Shown: positions 26,101 through 38,400 of the stretch, one piece after another | Layout: the number at the start of each line of letters is the position of its first letter | Numbering within the stretch: the stretch's first letter is position 1 | NCBI RefSeq assembly: GCF_036588685.1 | Contig: NC_086381.1 | Coordinates: forward strand, 50,220,001 to 50,284,000 | Direction: 5' to 3' | DNA: 64,000 nt | Source of the DNA: Mytilus trossulus | Taxonomy: Eukaryota | Position numbers and translations under genes: made by a program | The notes under the pieces: model-generated | Told to the model about the DNA's origin: nothing | The model's input: the letters and a program-made list of their open reading frames with translations, nothing else | Database searches by the model: none

Positions 26101-29100
26101 ATCAACCTTTAAAGATTTTAACATTTAAAATAAATTGATCTTCCTTTAAAAATTAAGCTGTCATATGTGAGAATGATTTTACTTTGAATCTAAATTTCAA
26201 TCTTAATAGATTAATAAATTCATGTCAAGGAAACTGGGGAATTATTCTGTCAGATTAAATCTCTTTTATGTAGTTTTTCACCATCAGGATTGTCCTTCCT
26301 GTCTAAATTATCTACAGAGAACCAATATATTACAGTTATCACCACAATTACAGGCATGATGAATTTTCTTTTGTCTAAACAAACTTTTTCTTTGAAATGA
26401 ATGAAACTTAGTTTAATTTTAATGAAACCAAACCTGGTACAGTGAGTGGCACCATCATAATATAATAGTGTTGCTGGAAATGGTTAGTCAAACTTTAATA
26501 TACATTATTATACCTTACATATATTTTAAACAATTCTATTGGGTAAAAAATTATCATGTGACATGGAATAATTCAGTTGTTTTTCATTCAAATGCAAGGA
26601 AGGACAAATAACCCCAAAAATTTCCACCAGCGGTGAATAACCCTATCATTCACCGGCAAATAACCTTTTGAGTTTGTTGATTTGTACTTGAGTTATCTCC
26701 CATGATAATGACGTCACAGACATAAATAAACAAAATGGCAGCGTTTACGTTACACTGGAAGCCCACAGAGAGATGAGGAAATAGGGCATTGGACATAAAT
26801 AGAGTGCCAGCAGCTGATGATATCTTTTATAAAGTAACGGTCCTCAGGGCCATCATTATTTTACAAAAAGATTCTACCTTTGTTGTACAATCCAGAAATT
26901 CTAGAACACAAATATATGTCCAAACGTCAGCTTGTCTTTGTTATTGTTATGTAAAGTTTATAGAATATAGAAAGTGTTCGAAATGCCTTTCCACTGTTAG
27001 TTCGGTATAATAGAACAATTGTGGCCCCTTAGAATCGATGAACATTCAAAATTGTCAACCCTGAAAAATTATTTCACTTCGGTCTGCGCCCTCATTGAAA
27101 TAACCTTCTCGTGTTAACAATTTTGGATATTCACCTTTTCAACGGGCCATAATTGTATAATGAACATGTGTATGAGACATACTTCTTGGTTCAAATTTAA
27201 GTGTGAGGTAAATCTGATTTTTTTTCAGGTTAATTTGCTTACATACATTGTTGATTCTAAAATAATTCTTAAAAATTTATCTTGGACAGTTTAATATAAA
27301 AATAAGATGATGCAGAATGAATGCCATTGAGACAAGTCTACACACAACGACCAAATGACGAAATTAACAAAGTCTATAAGTCCTTTTTGTTATGATCCTG
27401 AGATTCCTATATTCTATGAATTCACTATTTGGCTTCCTCAACTTTAAGTTTGAAGCATTCCCATCCTGATAAAGGATACTGATATCAAAAACTTATGTGA
27501 AATATACAATGCATGTTAAAAATTCAAGCCAAAACTGTTATAAAAAACATGAAATTTCTGTATAAAGAAAGATAACTCCTGAATTATAGTAGGACTTCAG
27601 ATAAATAAATTATACAGCTATTTTGAAAAAAACCCACAGAAGATCAACTCCTGTAGATTTTTTCATTCTAACTAATACATCATGGCCAACCCAATGCTGT
27701 CAATTGTCAACTTAGAATTTAACCTTAGTTTCAATATATATATGGACATTTTTTTCTATAGCTAGTAAGTTAAATTCTTTTGATGAAAAAATAAGTCTAA
27801 CATAATTTAAAGGAAAGATCGACACAGATGAAATTCTAAACACTTTCAAATTTTCTATCCACTGCCAACATGGACAGGTAGAAACAAGAATGTGTCCCAA
27901 GTACACGGATGACCCACTTGCACTATCATTTTCTATGTTCAGTGGACAAAGAAATTGGGGTCAAAACTTTAGTTTGGAATTAAAATTAGAAAGATCATAT
28001 CATAGGGAACATGTGTACTAAGTTTCAAGTTGATTAGACTTCAACTTCTTCAAAAACTAACTTGACAAAAAACTTTAACCTGAAGCGAACGGACGCACAG
28101 ATGGACAAACGAAAGGAGGCACAGACCAGAAAACATAATTCCCCTCTACTATCGTAGGTGGGGCATAAAAATAAAATCCACATAATCTGTAGTGTATTTT
28201 ACCTCTCCTAAGGTTGATGCACATAATGCAAAGAATTTATTCCATTCCACATCGCCACCAAAACTACCGATTCTGACCATATCATCAAACTGTTCTTTAG
28301 GTAAAGCCAAATCATTCCATTTCTCTTCTATTAAACTTAATGGTACTTGTTTCTTTGGACCAAGCTGAAACAATACAAAAAAATATATTTATTACATTTC
28401 ATTGCTTTTACATCGTTTATTATTTTAAAAATCAATGCAAATAGATAATATACATGTTTGTTACATGGTTTAGTACTTTTACATGAACATCATTTATATT
28501 TTAAAAATCAATGCAAATAAAGTTGGTTACTACATAATCATATTCTCAGATAAGGATGTAAAGTTGTCGCATTGGCACTCATACCACCTCAAGTGATTTC
28601 AGTATTGTTTTTAAGTTTTTTTTCACGTTATTCTGTTTGAAATATCAGCATGACACAAATAAGAATTACGCAGTGACACAACTTTTTTTATTTGTCTTTT
28701 TACATTCCTATTGTCTTTTGTAAATAACTTATTTATATTTGAAAATTTTAAATCTGTTTAAAAATACCTGTCTGTTAAGAACTCTGAGTAAACTTGGTAT
28801 TAATAACCTTTTTTTAAATTAAAATTATAACCGATATATATCTCATATCTGTTGAAAAAGCACCTGTCTGTTAAACAACTCTGAGTGAGCTTGGTCTTAA
28901 TATCTTAATTTTATTTAAAATATAACCGATATAAAACTGTCTCATATGCGTTGAAAAAGTACCTGTCTGTTAATAACTCTGAGTGAACTTGGTCTTAATA
29001 TCTTAATTTTATTTAAAATATAACCGATATAAAACTGTCTCATATATGTTGAAAAAGTACCTGTCTGTTAATAACTCTGAGTAAACCTGGTGTTAAGCCT

Positions 29101-29682
29101 GTGTCTGTCTTTTGTGTTGCTACTGGCATCTCTAATCTTTCTTTGACAGGTGGAGTTTCTCCTTTAGACATTGATCGGAAGTATCTAAACAAAGATTGAT
29201 ACATAAATATTTCTTAAAAGAGTTTTAGTTAAAATAATGGTTGATTGAATTGCTATATAACTTATTTATAGTAAAAGACTATGATTTTCAGTGATCTGAT
29301 TTACAAATTACAACCTCTATAGATATTATTCTAAAGACAAAAAGATAAATACAATACCACCAAATCTTTTTTAAATAGAGGTTTCTTTAGTTGTACTACC
29401 CTTTCTCCCACAACCCAAAGTTAAAATTTCAGTTTCCCTAATTTAAAAAGAAAAAGTTATTTTTTTATTTTAAAATCATAATGAAAACATCTCAATAATA
29501 TAATTAGGGTATTTGATAACTTGAGACAACTCAAAGTGTACTTACGCAGCAGACCATGCTAAAACATCTTTTGGCTGAGTTCTAATTGCAGCTTTTGTAA
29601 ACTGTTTGAGTATGTCTGGTAACTGAGGAGGAATGTTAATCTGCTGGGAGCAGTAGTATGGCTCGTCTGGATTGGTAGGCAT
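20188..29682 (-). CDS. ROPN1L: Ropporin-1-like protein (RIIa dimerization/docking-type AKAP-binding, radial spoke/flagellar), 5 coding exons, 223 aa
   Basis: Coding exons 29682-29546 (MPTNPDEPYYCSQQINIPPQLPDILKQFTKAAIRTQPKDVLAWSA), 29184-29061 (YFRSMSKGETPPVKERLEMPVATQKTDTGLTPGLLRVINRQ), 28364-28203 (LGPKKQ...FFALCASTLGE), 23303-23128 (TISDAMKTVCEILTGDPDGGPARIPFQLF...) and 20260-20188 (DKQDGYVQPRNFLSPECPKLSAA*). All introns GT-AG with consistent phases (672 nt). Hallmark ROPN1L motifs LPDILKQFTKAAIRTQP and CEILTxDPxGGPARIPF. Confidence 0.95.
21995..23045 (-). mobile_element. HINE-like element with about 5 internal ~190-bp tandem repeats
   Basis: Terminal palindromes gggttccgcggaaccc (22005-22020) and ttcgactaaagtcgaa (about 23018-23033), shared subterminal gtctcgc, and aagcttctgtccaagtttggt recurring every ~190 bp. 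Confidence 0.8.
25368..25576. mobile_element. MITE with TA target duplication (Tc1/mariner-type)
   Basis: TA|CTGTAAACCAAC ... GTTGGTTTACAG|TA. Degenerate second copy at about 53030-53250. Confidence 0.8.
26499..27160. mobile_element. Probable degenerate TIR element
   Basis: Imperfect inverted ends tatacattattata.. / ..ggccataattgtataa with a GC-richer interior. Confidence 0.35.
27882..28171 (-). mobile_element. HINE/pearl-like element (family A) just inside the ROPN1L intron
   Basis: Homologous to 13611-13890 and 59496-59935. Terminal hairpin cccctctactatcgtaggtgggg. Confidence 0.8.
28750..29098 (-). repeat. ~98-bp tandem repeat of the ROPN1L exon end plus splice donor (real junction + 3 copies)
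   Basis: acctgtctgtt..aactctgagt..acttggt at 28766, 28862, 28961 and the true junction at 29059. Confidence 0.9.
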
Positions 29683-30457
29683 TGTGGATTCTCCTAAAAA
29701 TTAGAAGGGATTTTTTAAAAATTTGTTCTAATTTAAAAGGACTTCATAACCAGCAGAATACATACATTGTATTTATAAGGAAATGTAATGCAACAGCAAC
29801 CCAATAGGCAATAATAAAAATAACAAATATACATCTATGAGGAAACAGTACACATTATTACTATTTGCATTACTGGTGGACTTCATAGCAGTTCCTGTAA
29901 TTTTATTTATGTCATATGATAATAGAAAATATTTGACGCCACAATGGAAAAGTGATTGTAAGTCAAGCTGCACAGATTTTCAAAAAGAGATAAGGTGTAA
30001 AGATAAGGTCCTTAACATTATATCAAACTCAAAATAATCAATATACCTTATCGCTATTTGTCCGCAACAACTGAAAATGACAAAAATTCCAGTAAAAATT
30101 TAATTGCAAACCAAAATTTCAAGTCAATTGTTGCCTTTAATGAAATTTGCATATTCATGACATTGCAATATATAAATTCATACATTTACATCCTACTTAG
30201 GGTATATTATCCAAAACAGGAGTAGTATCATAAGAAGTTATCACATTTAGGAAAAAAAATCACCAACCTGTGAATTCACTTCCACTGGTAACGATAAATA
30301 TCAATTAATTTAATTTGCATTAAAGTCTATTAAAAATCTAGAGAATTCCTATCTGCATCACCTCTCAACATTGTTTTCATAACACAAATACTCATCATTG
30401 ATTGGTCAATTTATTACATGATGTGATGTCACTGCCAATCTGAGAATATGTACACCA

Positions 30458-30650
30458 TTAGTGAGGGGGGATAGGATCTTTATGGGAACTCAGGGATCGT
30501 TTGATTTTAAGCTCAGGATTTCGGGATTGACCCTTTCAGGATCTGGGAATTCTTTTTTTTCGAATTTCGGGACCTCAGGATTTTGTGTTTTAAGCCCGGG
30601 ATTTCATGTTTATAAGCCCAGGATTTCGGGATCAGCACTCCTCCTATCTT
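30458..30650. mobile_element. Short dispersed repeat, probable MITE
   Basis: Shares gggattgaccctttcaggatctgggaattc and the overall layout with 47930-48125. Confidence 0.55.
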
Positions 30651-31450
30651 TTTTTTTGATAACTGCATTCATTAAAATAGAAAAAAAAAAAAATTACAAG
30701 AGAGGATATACATGCATGTACCCTGTCATCACCACAAATATTAAAGAAATAGATTGTTATTTTTAATTAAGTATCTGTATGCAATGTGCTGAAGTATAGT
30801 CTTCAATGTACTGATGGATTTTCATACAATGCAGATGTATAAGTACTGAGATTAATATTGTAATATTCTACATTTACATGTAAACTGTCAGTGGGTATCA
30901 GGACCGTTCGCCCTGGGTCCGTTTGCCCTGAGTTTGTTCGCCCTTAGAGTCCGTTCGCCCTACTAAAAAATATCAATATTCAGGGCATTGAAGTTGAATA
31001 AACTTAATCAGATATATTTCTATGGTATATATTCTTGAAATTTATGGAAACATGGAAATATCTAAAAGTTTATGGCTTGTTAAGGATCATTAATTTATTG
31101 TTTTATGACAAAATAATTCGGATCACTGCTACCTGTCTTTTGATGGATTTATAATATATAAAAAAACAAATTTCTTTTGATATAATATCTTCAGCTTGAA
31201 ATTAATTCCAAAAAAAATGTACGAACTGTAAAACGGATTTACAAGTTCATTCAGTAAAATACTCTGAGACTAGTCTAAGTTATACTGCATACATTAGTGA
31301 ATGACTGAATACAATTATTTTGTTAACAAATATCAACAAAGATAAATACATTGTATTCCAGTATTCTACTGCAATCAAAGGGAAAATGATGAAATTGATT
31401 GCGGCAATATCAATATTCGGTGATTTTTTCAACAAACTTCAAATACTTAA

Positions 31451-32042
31451 GGTTCATGTGGACCCTATCGTCCCTATGACTAAAATGGCCGTATTTTCAC
31501 CTCAAAATTTTCTCTGAGTACAGTCAAACCTGTGCATCTGGAAAAGTTTTAAGGCATAGCATGCCCTAGATAAATAGAATTCAAATACATTGTATGATTT
31601 AGAAAATTCATAACTTAACTGGATTTTGCCGTACACTTTTTTTCGTCTCTGCAGAAGATGATAAAATTAACAAACAGTTGAGTTTACCTTGATATGGTCC
31701 ACTCAGGTACACAGTGAAAATAACCAATTATTGTCAGGTATCTATAGTCCATCTAATGTCAATGTCAATTAAAAATGCTTACTTTAATTTTTACCTGTGG
31801 GGAAGTTCTCAAACCTGTTTCCCAACTTAGTTTATTTTGGCACCTTCTGGAGGAATGAAAAAAAGTGCACAGCAAAATCCTGGTAAGTTTTTATTTTTCA
31901 AAAACATTAAACATACTTAAAATTCATTTATCTAGGGCATGCTATGCCTGAATTTTTTTACAGATGCGCAGGTTTGTCTGTACTCGGGAGTAAATTTTGA
32001 GGTGAAAATACGGCCATTTTACCCATAGGGTCCACATGAACC
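31451..32042. mobile_element. TTAA-specific element with ~130-bp TIRs (Kolobok-like GG termini)
   Basis: TTAA|GGTTCATGTGGACCCTAT...aggcatagcatgccctagataaat mirrored at the right end ...ATAGGGTCCACATGAACC|TTAA. Confidence 0.85.
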
Positions 32043-32051
32043 TTAAAATTA

Positions 32052-33519
32052 GGATACATGTCAACTCGTACTTTCGGCAACTCGTACTCAGCCAACTCGT
32101 ACTTTCGGCAACTCGTACTTCTACTAAGTCGTACCCTATATTTTTTTAGCATTATAATATAAGTTTTCTACGTTTATATCCGTAGATATGGATATTTTAA
32201 CTCCCTGAAGTATCCCAGTGCACCCTGAGGTAGATCCATAGAATATGAAAAGGATATTTTTTAGTGAACATTGCGTTGAACATGTCTTAGTTTTTTCGTG
32301 TTAGTAGTAACTATTTATCTCTTCTTCCTGTTGTACTAGCTGATTATACAACTCTTTAGAAATGCCTATAGGAATGAAAATGTATTGGTTTAATTTTTTA
32401 TAATTATGATAGATAATTTTATTTCATAATTCAATTTTACTAACAATTCTATGCAAAGGCACTTGACATCACGTATATATTTAAACATTATTGATAATTT
32501 TTTAACCTATAAGAAATTACAAGTAATATGTGACACTTTAATAAACAAATTATTTATTGCAGTTCGCGTGCCGGTGATTAATTGATCATTGATAATTTTT
32601 TCACACCTGAAGCATGTTGATTACCAGTAAATCGGCCCTTATTCACACACGAAGGGTGCCATTAATTAACCTTTATCAAAACAACTTCACGCCTGATCTA
32701 ATCTTTCTGCATGGACGTTTGCACAATATTTTAAAATGTATACTTCATCACAATACTTCTATCATTTATATACGTATTGACATCAATTATACAGTAGCAC
32801 ATTTGGATTGTAAAAGTATAAAAGTTAAAACAAAAATTAAGCCAATATTTAGAATTATGAGAGACGTATAAAAAAAAAAAACACTAGTACCACTAATAAT
32901 TACACACACATTGTAAAAGTTTAATCATAAAACATTTTTACAAGGCTTTGTTGCTATTAATAATAGTAATATGGGTTTCTCAAAGCTTGGTTTTTACAAC
33001 GTTTAAGCCATGCATTTTCTTTTCGATGAGGATGGTGATTGTTTAAGTATAACTCAACGGTCTTTGATGTTCATAGTGCCGCACTTATACCAATTTTTTG
33101 TTTTCATTTACTTCTCTTTGTTTATTTTACTTTTAACAAATCCATTCTCTTTTTGTAGGTATGTTATCCACTAATGACCTGCACTGATTAGCATATTGTG
33201 TAATCATAATTATTTTAATGTGCATATCAAATAAATTGCCGTCCAAACAATTTCAAACAATCAATCCTAAGGAATACTAATGGTTATAACGATTAGCATT
33301 GTATAAGCTTATTTAAAACAATTATAATTGCATTTTATTAACATTGAAAATTGTTTTTCATTTGTATTTTGCTATATAATGATATACGAAAGAAAGTTAC
33401 AATAACTATGCATAAAAACTAGATAAATAATATCAAATAAAACATGGTTACGAGTTGGTAAAAATAGGGTACAAGTTGGTTGAGTACGACTTGCCGAAAG
33501 TACCAGTTGTCGTGTACCC
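32052..33519. mobile_element. Non-autonomous TIR element with caactcgtac subterminal arrays and 8-bp TSD
   Basis: TAAAATTA at 32044-32051 and 33520-33527. Termini GGATACAT / GTGTACCC. Left caactcgtac repeats mirror right gtacgagttg repeats. Confidence 0.8.
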
Positions 33520-34029
33520 TAAAATTATGCCACTACTGGCACTAGACAACAATTAGTAAAAAATAAAAATCAGGGCGAATGGACCCTGGGTGAACAGGTA
33601 TCATGGCGAACAGGTACTAGGGGGAGCGTGAATTAGGGCATACGGACCCGGATTCGTGTCAGTGTGGTGAGGTTGTGTTAACTAGAGCAATTTGATATTT
33701 TTTATGTCCAAAAATGGTGTTTTGAATAGAAAATTTATGGATCAGTTACCATATCATGTAAACTAAAGGTGTTGTTTCTTCTTTAAAGATTTATGTATGC
33801 AAAGCGCCAAAACTGTAAAAATTACCCCAAAAAAATGTTTTCTGAAATTATGTTTGTGGAAGTCAGTGAAGTCTGCAGATAAAATTGATCGTATTTTGTC
33901 TCGAAACTAAATGAAAGCTTTTCGTTATGGCAACAATCAAGTTCAATGTTTTTTGTACAACGAGTAAGTAAAGGGCTTTTTACCTTTTGAGATCTTGAGA
34001 CCTGAAGAACTTGAAATAAACACACACTA

Positions 34030-34280
34030 ACTTACCGGATGTATTCAAATGTTGTGATAGCAACGATTGCTCTGCTCGACAGATTTTTTCCGGTCGAAGA
34101 ATCGGTGTCTCCGATGCGCTTAAGATATCGACAAATTGCCTTGCTCCTTCAATCATTTAAAAGCATGCGAACCCGCGAATTTTTGTCGTCTGCTACAAGG
34201 CGATTGAATAAAGGAGGGTGGATGCTGGTCGTCTGCGCTATTTTTTGAATTTCGAAATTATCTTAAGGTGCAAGTAACTT
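34030..34280. promoter_or_regulatory. Candidate bidirectional promoter for ROPN1L and HORMAD
   Basis: Local CpG enrichment. Strong minus-strand donor (CCG|GTAAGT) at 34036/34035. RFX X-box-like GTTGCTATCACAAC (34051-34064, minus). E2F-like CCCGCGAA (34172-34179) and CHR-like TTTGAA/TTCGAA (34244-34256). Both ATG exons begin just after splice acceptors, so both genes need upstream non-coding exons. Confidence 0.6.
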
Positions 34281-35430
34281 CTTTCTAAAGAACAGACAAA
34301 GATATATAAAGGTATAGTTTTAATAAGGCAAAGGTTGTGTCTTTGAGTAATCTTCAACATATTGAAGTTAAGAAGTATTATGTAGATGTAGAGAGAGTAT
34401 GATTGTTTCAGCCATTGCCATTTGGCATTGCTCATAAATCAGACTCAGTGTTTGATGAATAGTTATAATATTAGAATAGAAAAACTTCATTTTGATTTAA
34501 CCAAGGATTGTATAGTTAGACTGTACAAATCTTTGATTTAAGCTACAAAAATAAGCTCTGTGGAGCACTCAGTATAAAAACATATATCAAACAAACAAAA
34601 AAAATACACAAAACATAGCTGCTTAAAACGTAGCTCTATTGAATATTTTTTTGTCTATGGTCCGCAAATATCAACATCTAAAGCACGTTAAGAGCTAAAT
34701 TTTCGCAGCTACTCAAAACAATGCATCAAAAGATAAGAAAACTTCTTTTGATTTGGTATAACAGTCGTAGCTAGGACTCGGGAGGGCATCGCCAAAAATT
34801 TAAATAAGTCTTTCAAAAAGTTGTCAATCTTCGTCATGATGTCTGAACTTCTGACATCGTAGTGGATGTAGGTTCTCATACAGCATTCAACAATCACTTT
34901 TTCATTGAGGCATCATTTGAATTTTAATGTGAAGTCAAAAATATATATGAACCTTTGTGATGTCCAGTTTTGTCCAACAAATAGCAATAAGCCTTAGAGA
35001 GAATATATACATATGATGCAGTCAGCTGGTAAATCATGAAATCCACCCACCTAAGCTGGCCTCGTATAGTTCTAGGACGTAAGCAAATGGTTAAATATAT
35101 TATATAGCGGATGAAATATTTTTAGAAGAGACATACCAAAATTTTCTAGAGTCATTGTTCTTATCCTTCTGATCTGTAGCATGCACACATAAAACACAAT
35201 AAAATTAAGGTGAGTGACAATAAAAAAAAAATAATATCTAGCAATACACCTTATGGATAATCCCAGCTGACTAGGCTGCACAAACTTTTGATGTCAACAA
35301 CAATCACTTTTCCATTGTGGCATCAGATACTTTGTTTTATGACGTCAACATTTTACAGGGTGATATCTAGTAATGACAAACAAATAGCGATAATGCTAAT
35401 AGATAAATAATATTCTTTGTTCATTTTTAG

Positions 35431-38400
35431 ATGTCTACAGCACAGATGCAGAGAACACAGGAGAAGACCAGTACAGTAAGAATTTAATTTCCATAGACCA
35501 GGGTTTTTATATACACCATTATAGCAAGAGTAACTTCCCTTTTGTCACCATATTGATGTACTGATCACTAGATTAGAAAAAAATTTTTTTTTCTGAAAGT
35601 TTCATTTTTAAGCCGTACTGTATTCATCACTTACACCAACATCTAGTTTAGGATTTTTAATCAGACTTGTTTGTTCTGCATGTTTCATAATCCATCATAC
35701 AGACCAAGGGAAAGAATTCAAGCACAAATGATATCATATCCACCCTTAGCTCTATACAAGTGCAGTAGATATAAGATGAGGTTTGAGTGACAATGAGACC
35801 ATGCTAAGTCACAATTTTTTAAAAGTAAACCATTATAGGTCAATGTACAGCCTTTAAAACAGAGCCTTGGCCCACACCGAACATAAAGGGCCCCAAAAAT
35901 GACTAGTGTAAAACCATAAATTGAATCAGGAAAACCAAGGGTATGATCAGTATAAAAAAAGTAAGACAAGAAACATTTATGATGAATATTAACAAAGGAC
36001 AACCACTGAACATCATGATTTTATGATGCGTTTAGGTTTCACTTTTGTCTTGAAAATTTCTATTAAGAATTGCTCTAATGACTTGTGATATCGTCATTTT
36101 ATAATTTGTTACATGAAAGGTTAACTATAAAATTATTCCTCCTTGAAGAAGTAAATATTCACTGCATGCAGTGCATGGTGTGCTAAAAATTGTAGTGTTT
36201 TTTGATGTGTTGCTTATAAACTCCTTTCTAATCAATTATATGAATGTATATCAACAAAATCATTGTCATTCCAACAGCATTTTAACCAGTGATTATGATA
36301 GAAATCATGTCAACCACAAATATTTACCAGAAGACAATATCTGTTCTAATAAATTGATCCTTGGTAGAAATTATAAATGTATAATAAGACAATTATCAAC
36401 ATGACTTCAAGATCTATGCACCAAGAAAAAGTGACCTGACCATGTATTTTATATTTATAAATAGTGGTCTGCCATTTTTCCAAATGAAACTGTGACAGAA
36501 CAACAGTCAACTTTATTTGTGAAGAAGCTTGTTGCTGTAGCTGTGTCCAATATTGCCTATTTACGAGCAATCTTCCCAGAGCATTCATTTGGTGATAGGT
36601 GTTTAGAAGGTTAGTTGTTAGTAAGTACACAAGATGTGTGACTGTTTCCTAGATTTCATTATGGGGAATATTCAATGTAAAATGATATGAAAATAAGTAG
36701 ATGTGGTTTGATTGCCTATGAGAGGAGCCTTTTTTTTGGGAACTGAATAATTATTCTTTTAAGAAACTTAAAAAAACACCCCAAAAAATGAAATTGAATT
36801 TTTGTTTTATATACTTAGGACAACATTTTTTGTTTCAAAACTTCTAAGGCCACATTAAAAAAAATTTTGGTCTGCCCAAACCCTACCCAAAGGTTGAGAC
36901 AGTGGGTAGGTAGACCGTAGGTAGGCATTTTCTTTTTTTAGCTCACCTGGCCCAAAGGGCCAAGTGAGCTTTTCTCATCACTTGGCGTCCGGCGTCGTCG
37001 TCCGTCGTCGTCCTGCGTTAACTTTTACAAAAATCTTCTCCTCTGAAACTACTGGGCCAAATTTAACCAAACTTGGCCACAATCATCATTGGGGTATCTT
37101 GTTTAAAAATTGTGTCCGGTGACCCCGCCAACTAACCAAGATGGCCGCCATGGCTATAAATAGAACATAGGGGTAAAATGCAGTTTTTGGCTTATAACTC
37201 AAAAACCAAAGCATTTAGGGCAAATCTGACATGGTGGTAAAATTGTTAATCAGGTTATGATCTAACTGCCCTGAAATTTTCAGATGAATCTGACATTCCG
37301 TTGTTAGGTTGCTGCCCCTGAATTGGTAATTTTAAGGAAATTTTGTTGTTTTTGGTTATTATCTTGAATATTATTTCAGATAGAGATAAACTGTAAAAAA
37401 GCAATAATGTTCAGCAAAGTAAGATCTACAAATAAGTCAACATGACCAAAATGATCAGTTGACCACTTTAGGAGTTATTGCCCTTTATAGTCAATTTTTA
37501 ACCATTTTTCGTAAATCTTAGTAATCTTTTAGAAAAATCTTCTCCTCTGAAACTGCTGGGCCAAATTATTTGAAACTTGGCCACAATCATCATTGGGGTA
37601 TCTAGTTTAAAAATTGTGTCCGGTGACCCCGCCAACTAACCAAGATGACCGCCATGGCTATAAATAGAACATAGGGGTAAAATGCAGTTTTTGGCTTATA
37701 ACTCAAAAACCAAAGCATTTAGAGCAAATCTGACATGGGTAAAATTGTTAATCAGGTGAAGATCTATCTGCCCTGAAATTTTCAGATGAATTGGACAACC
37801 TGTTTTTGGGTTGCGGCCCCTGAATTGGTAATTTTAAGGAAATTTTGCTGTTTTTGGTTATTATCTTGAATATTATTATAGATATAGGTAAACTGTAAAC
37901 AGCAATAATGTTCAGCAAGGTCAGATTTACAAATAAGTCAACATGACCAAAATGGTCAGTTGACCTCTTTAGGAGTAATTGCCCTTTAAAGTCAATTTTT
38001 AACCATTTTTCGTAAATTTTATATATCTTTTACTAAAATCTTCTTCTCTGAAACTGCTGTGCCAAATTGATCCAAACTTGGCCACAATCATCTTTGGGGT
38101 TTCTTGTTTAAAAAATGTGTCCGGTGACCTGGCCATCAAACCAAGATGGACGCCACGGCTAAAAATAGAACATAGGGGTAAAATGCTGTTTTTGGCTTAT
38201 AACTCAAAAACCAAATAATTTAGAGAAAATCTGACATGAAGTAAAATTGTTAATCAGGTCAAGATCTATCTGCCCTGAAATTTTCAGATGAATTGGACAA
38301 CCTGTTTTTGGGTTGCGGCTTCCTGAATTGGTAATTTTAAGGAAATTTTGCTGTTTTATATTGAATATTATTATAGATATAGGTAAACTGTAAACAGCAA

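Larger units (their letters stand above)
30894..33656. mobile_element. Non-autonomous TIR element with subterminal repeat arrays and 8-bp TSD; outer element of a nested stack
   Basis: TGTCAGTG duplicated at 30886-30893 and 33657-33664. Left ccgttcgccct arrays mirror right agggcgaa.gg arrays. MULE/Merlin-like by inference. Confidence 0.75.

Noticed and set aside
28149-28373. Stand-alone 74-aa ORF; likewise 43799-44008, 48415-48609 and 51936-52259
   Set aside because: Each is a real exon plus intron read-through belonging to ROPN1L or HORMAD.
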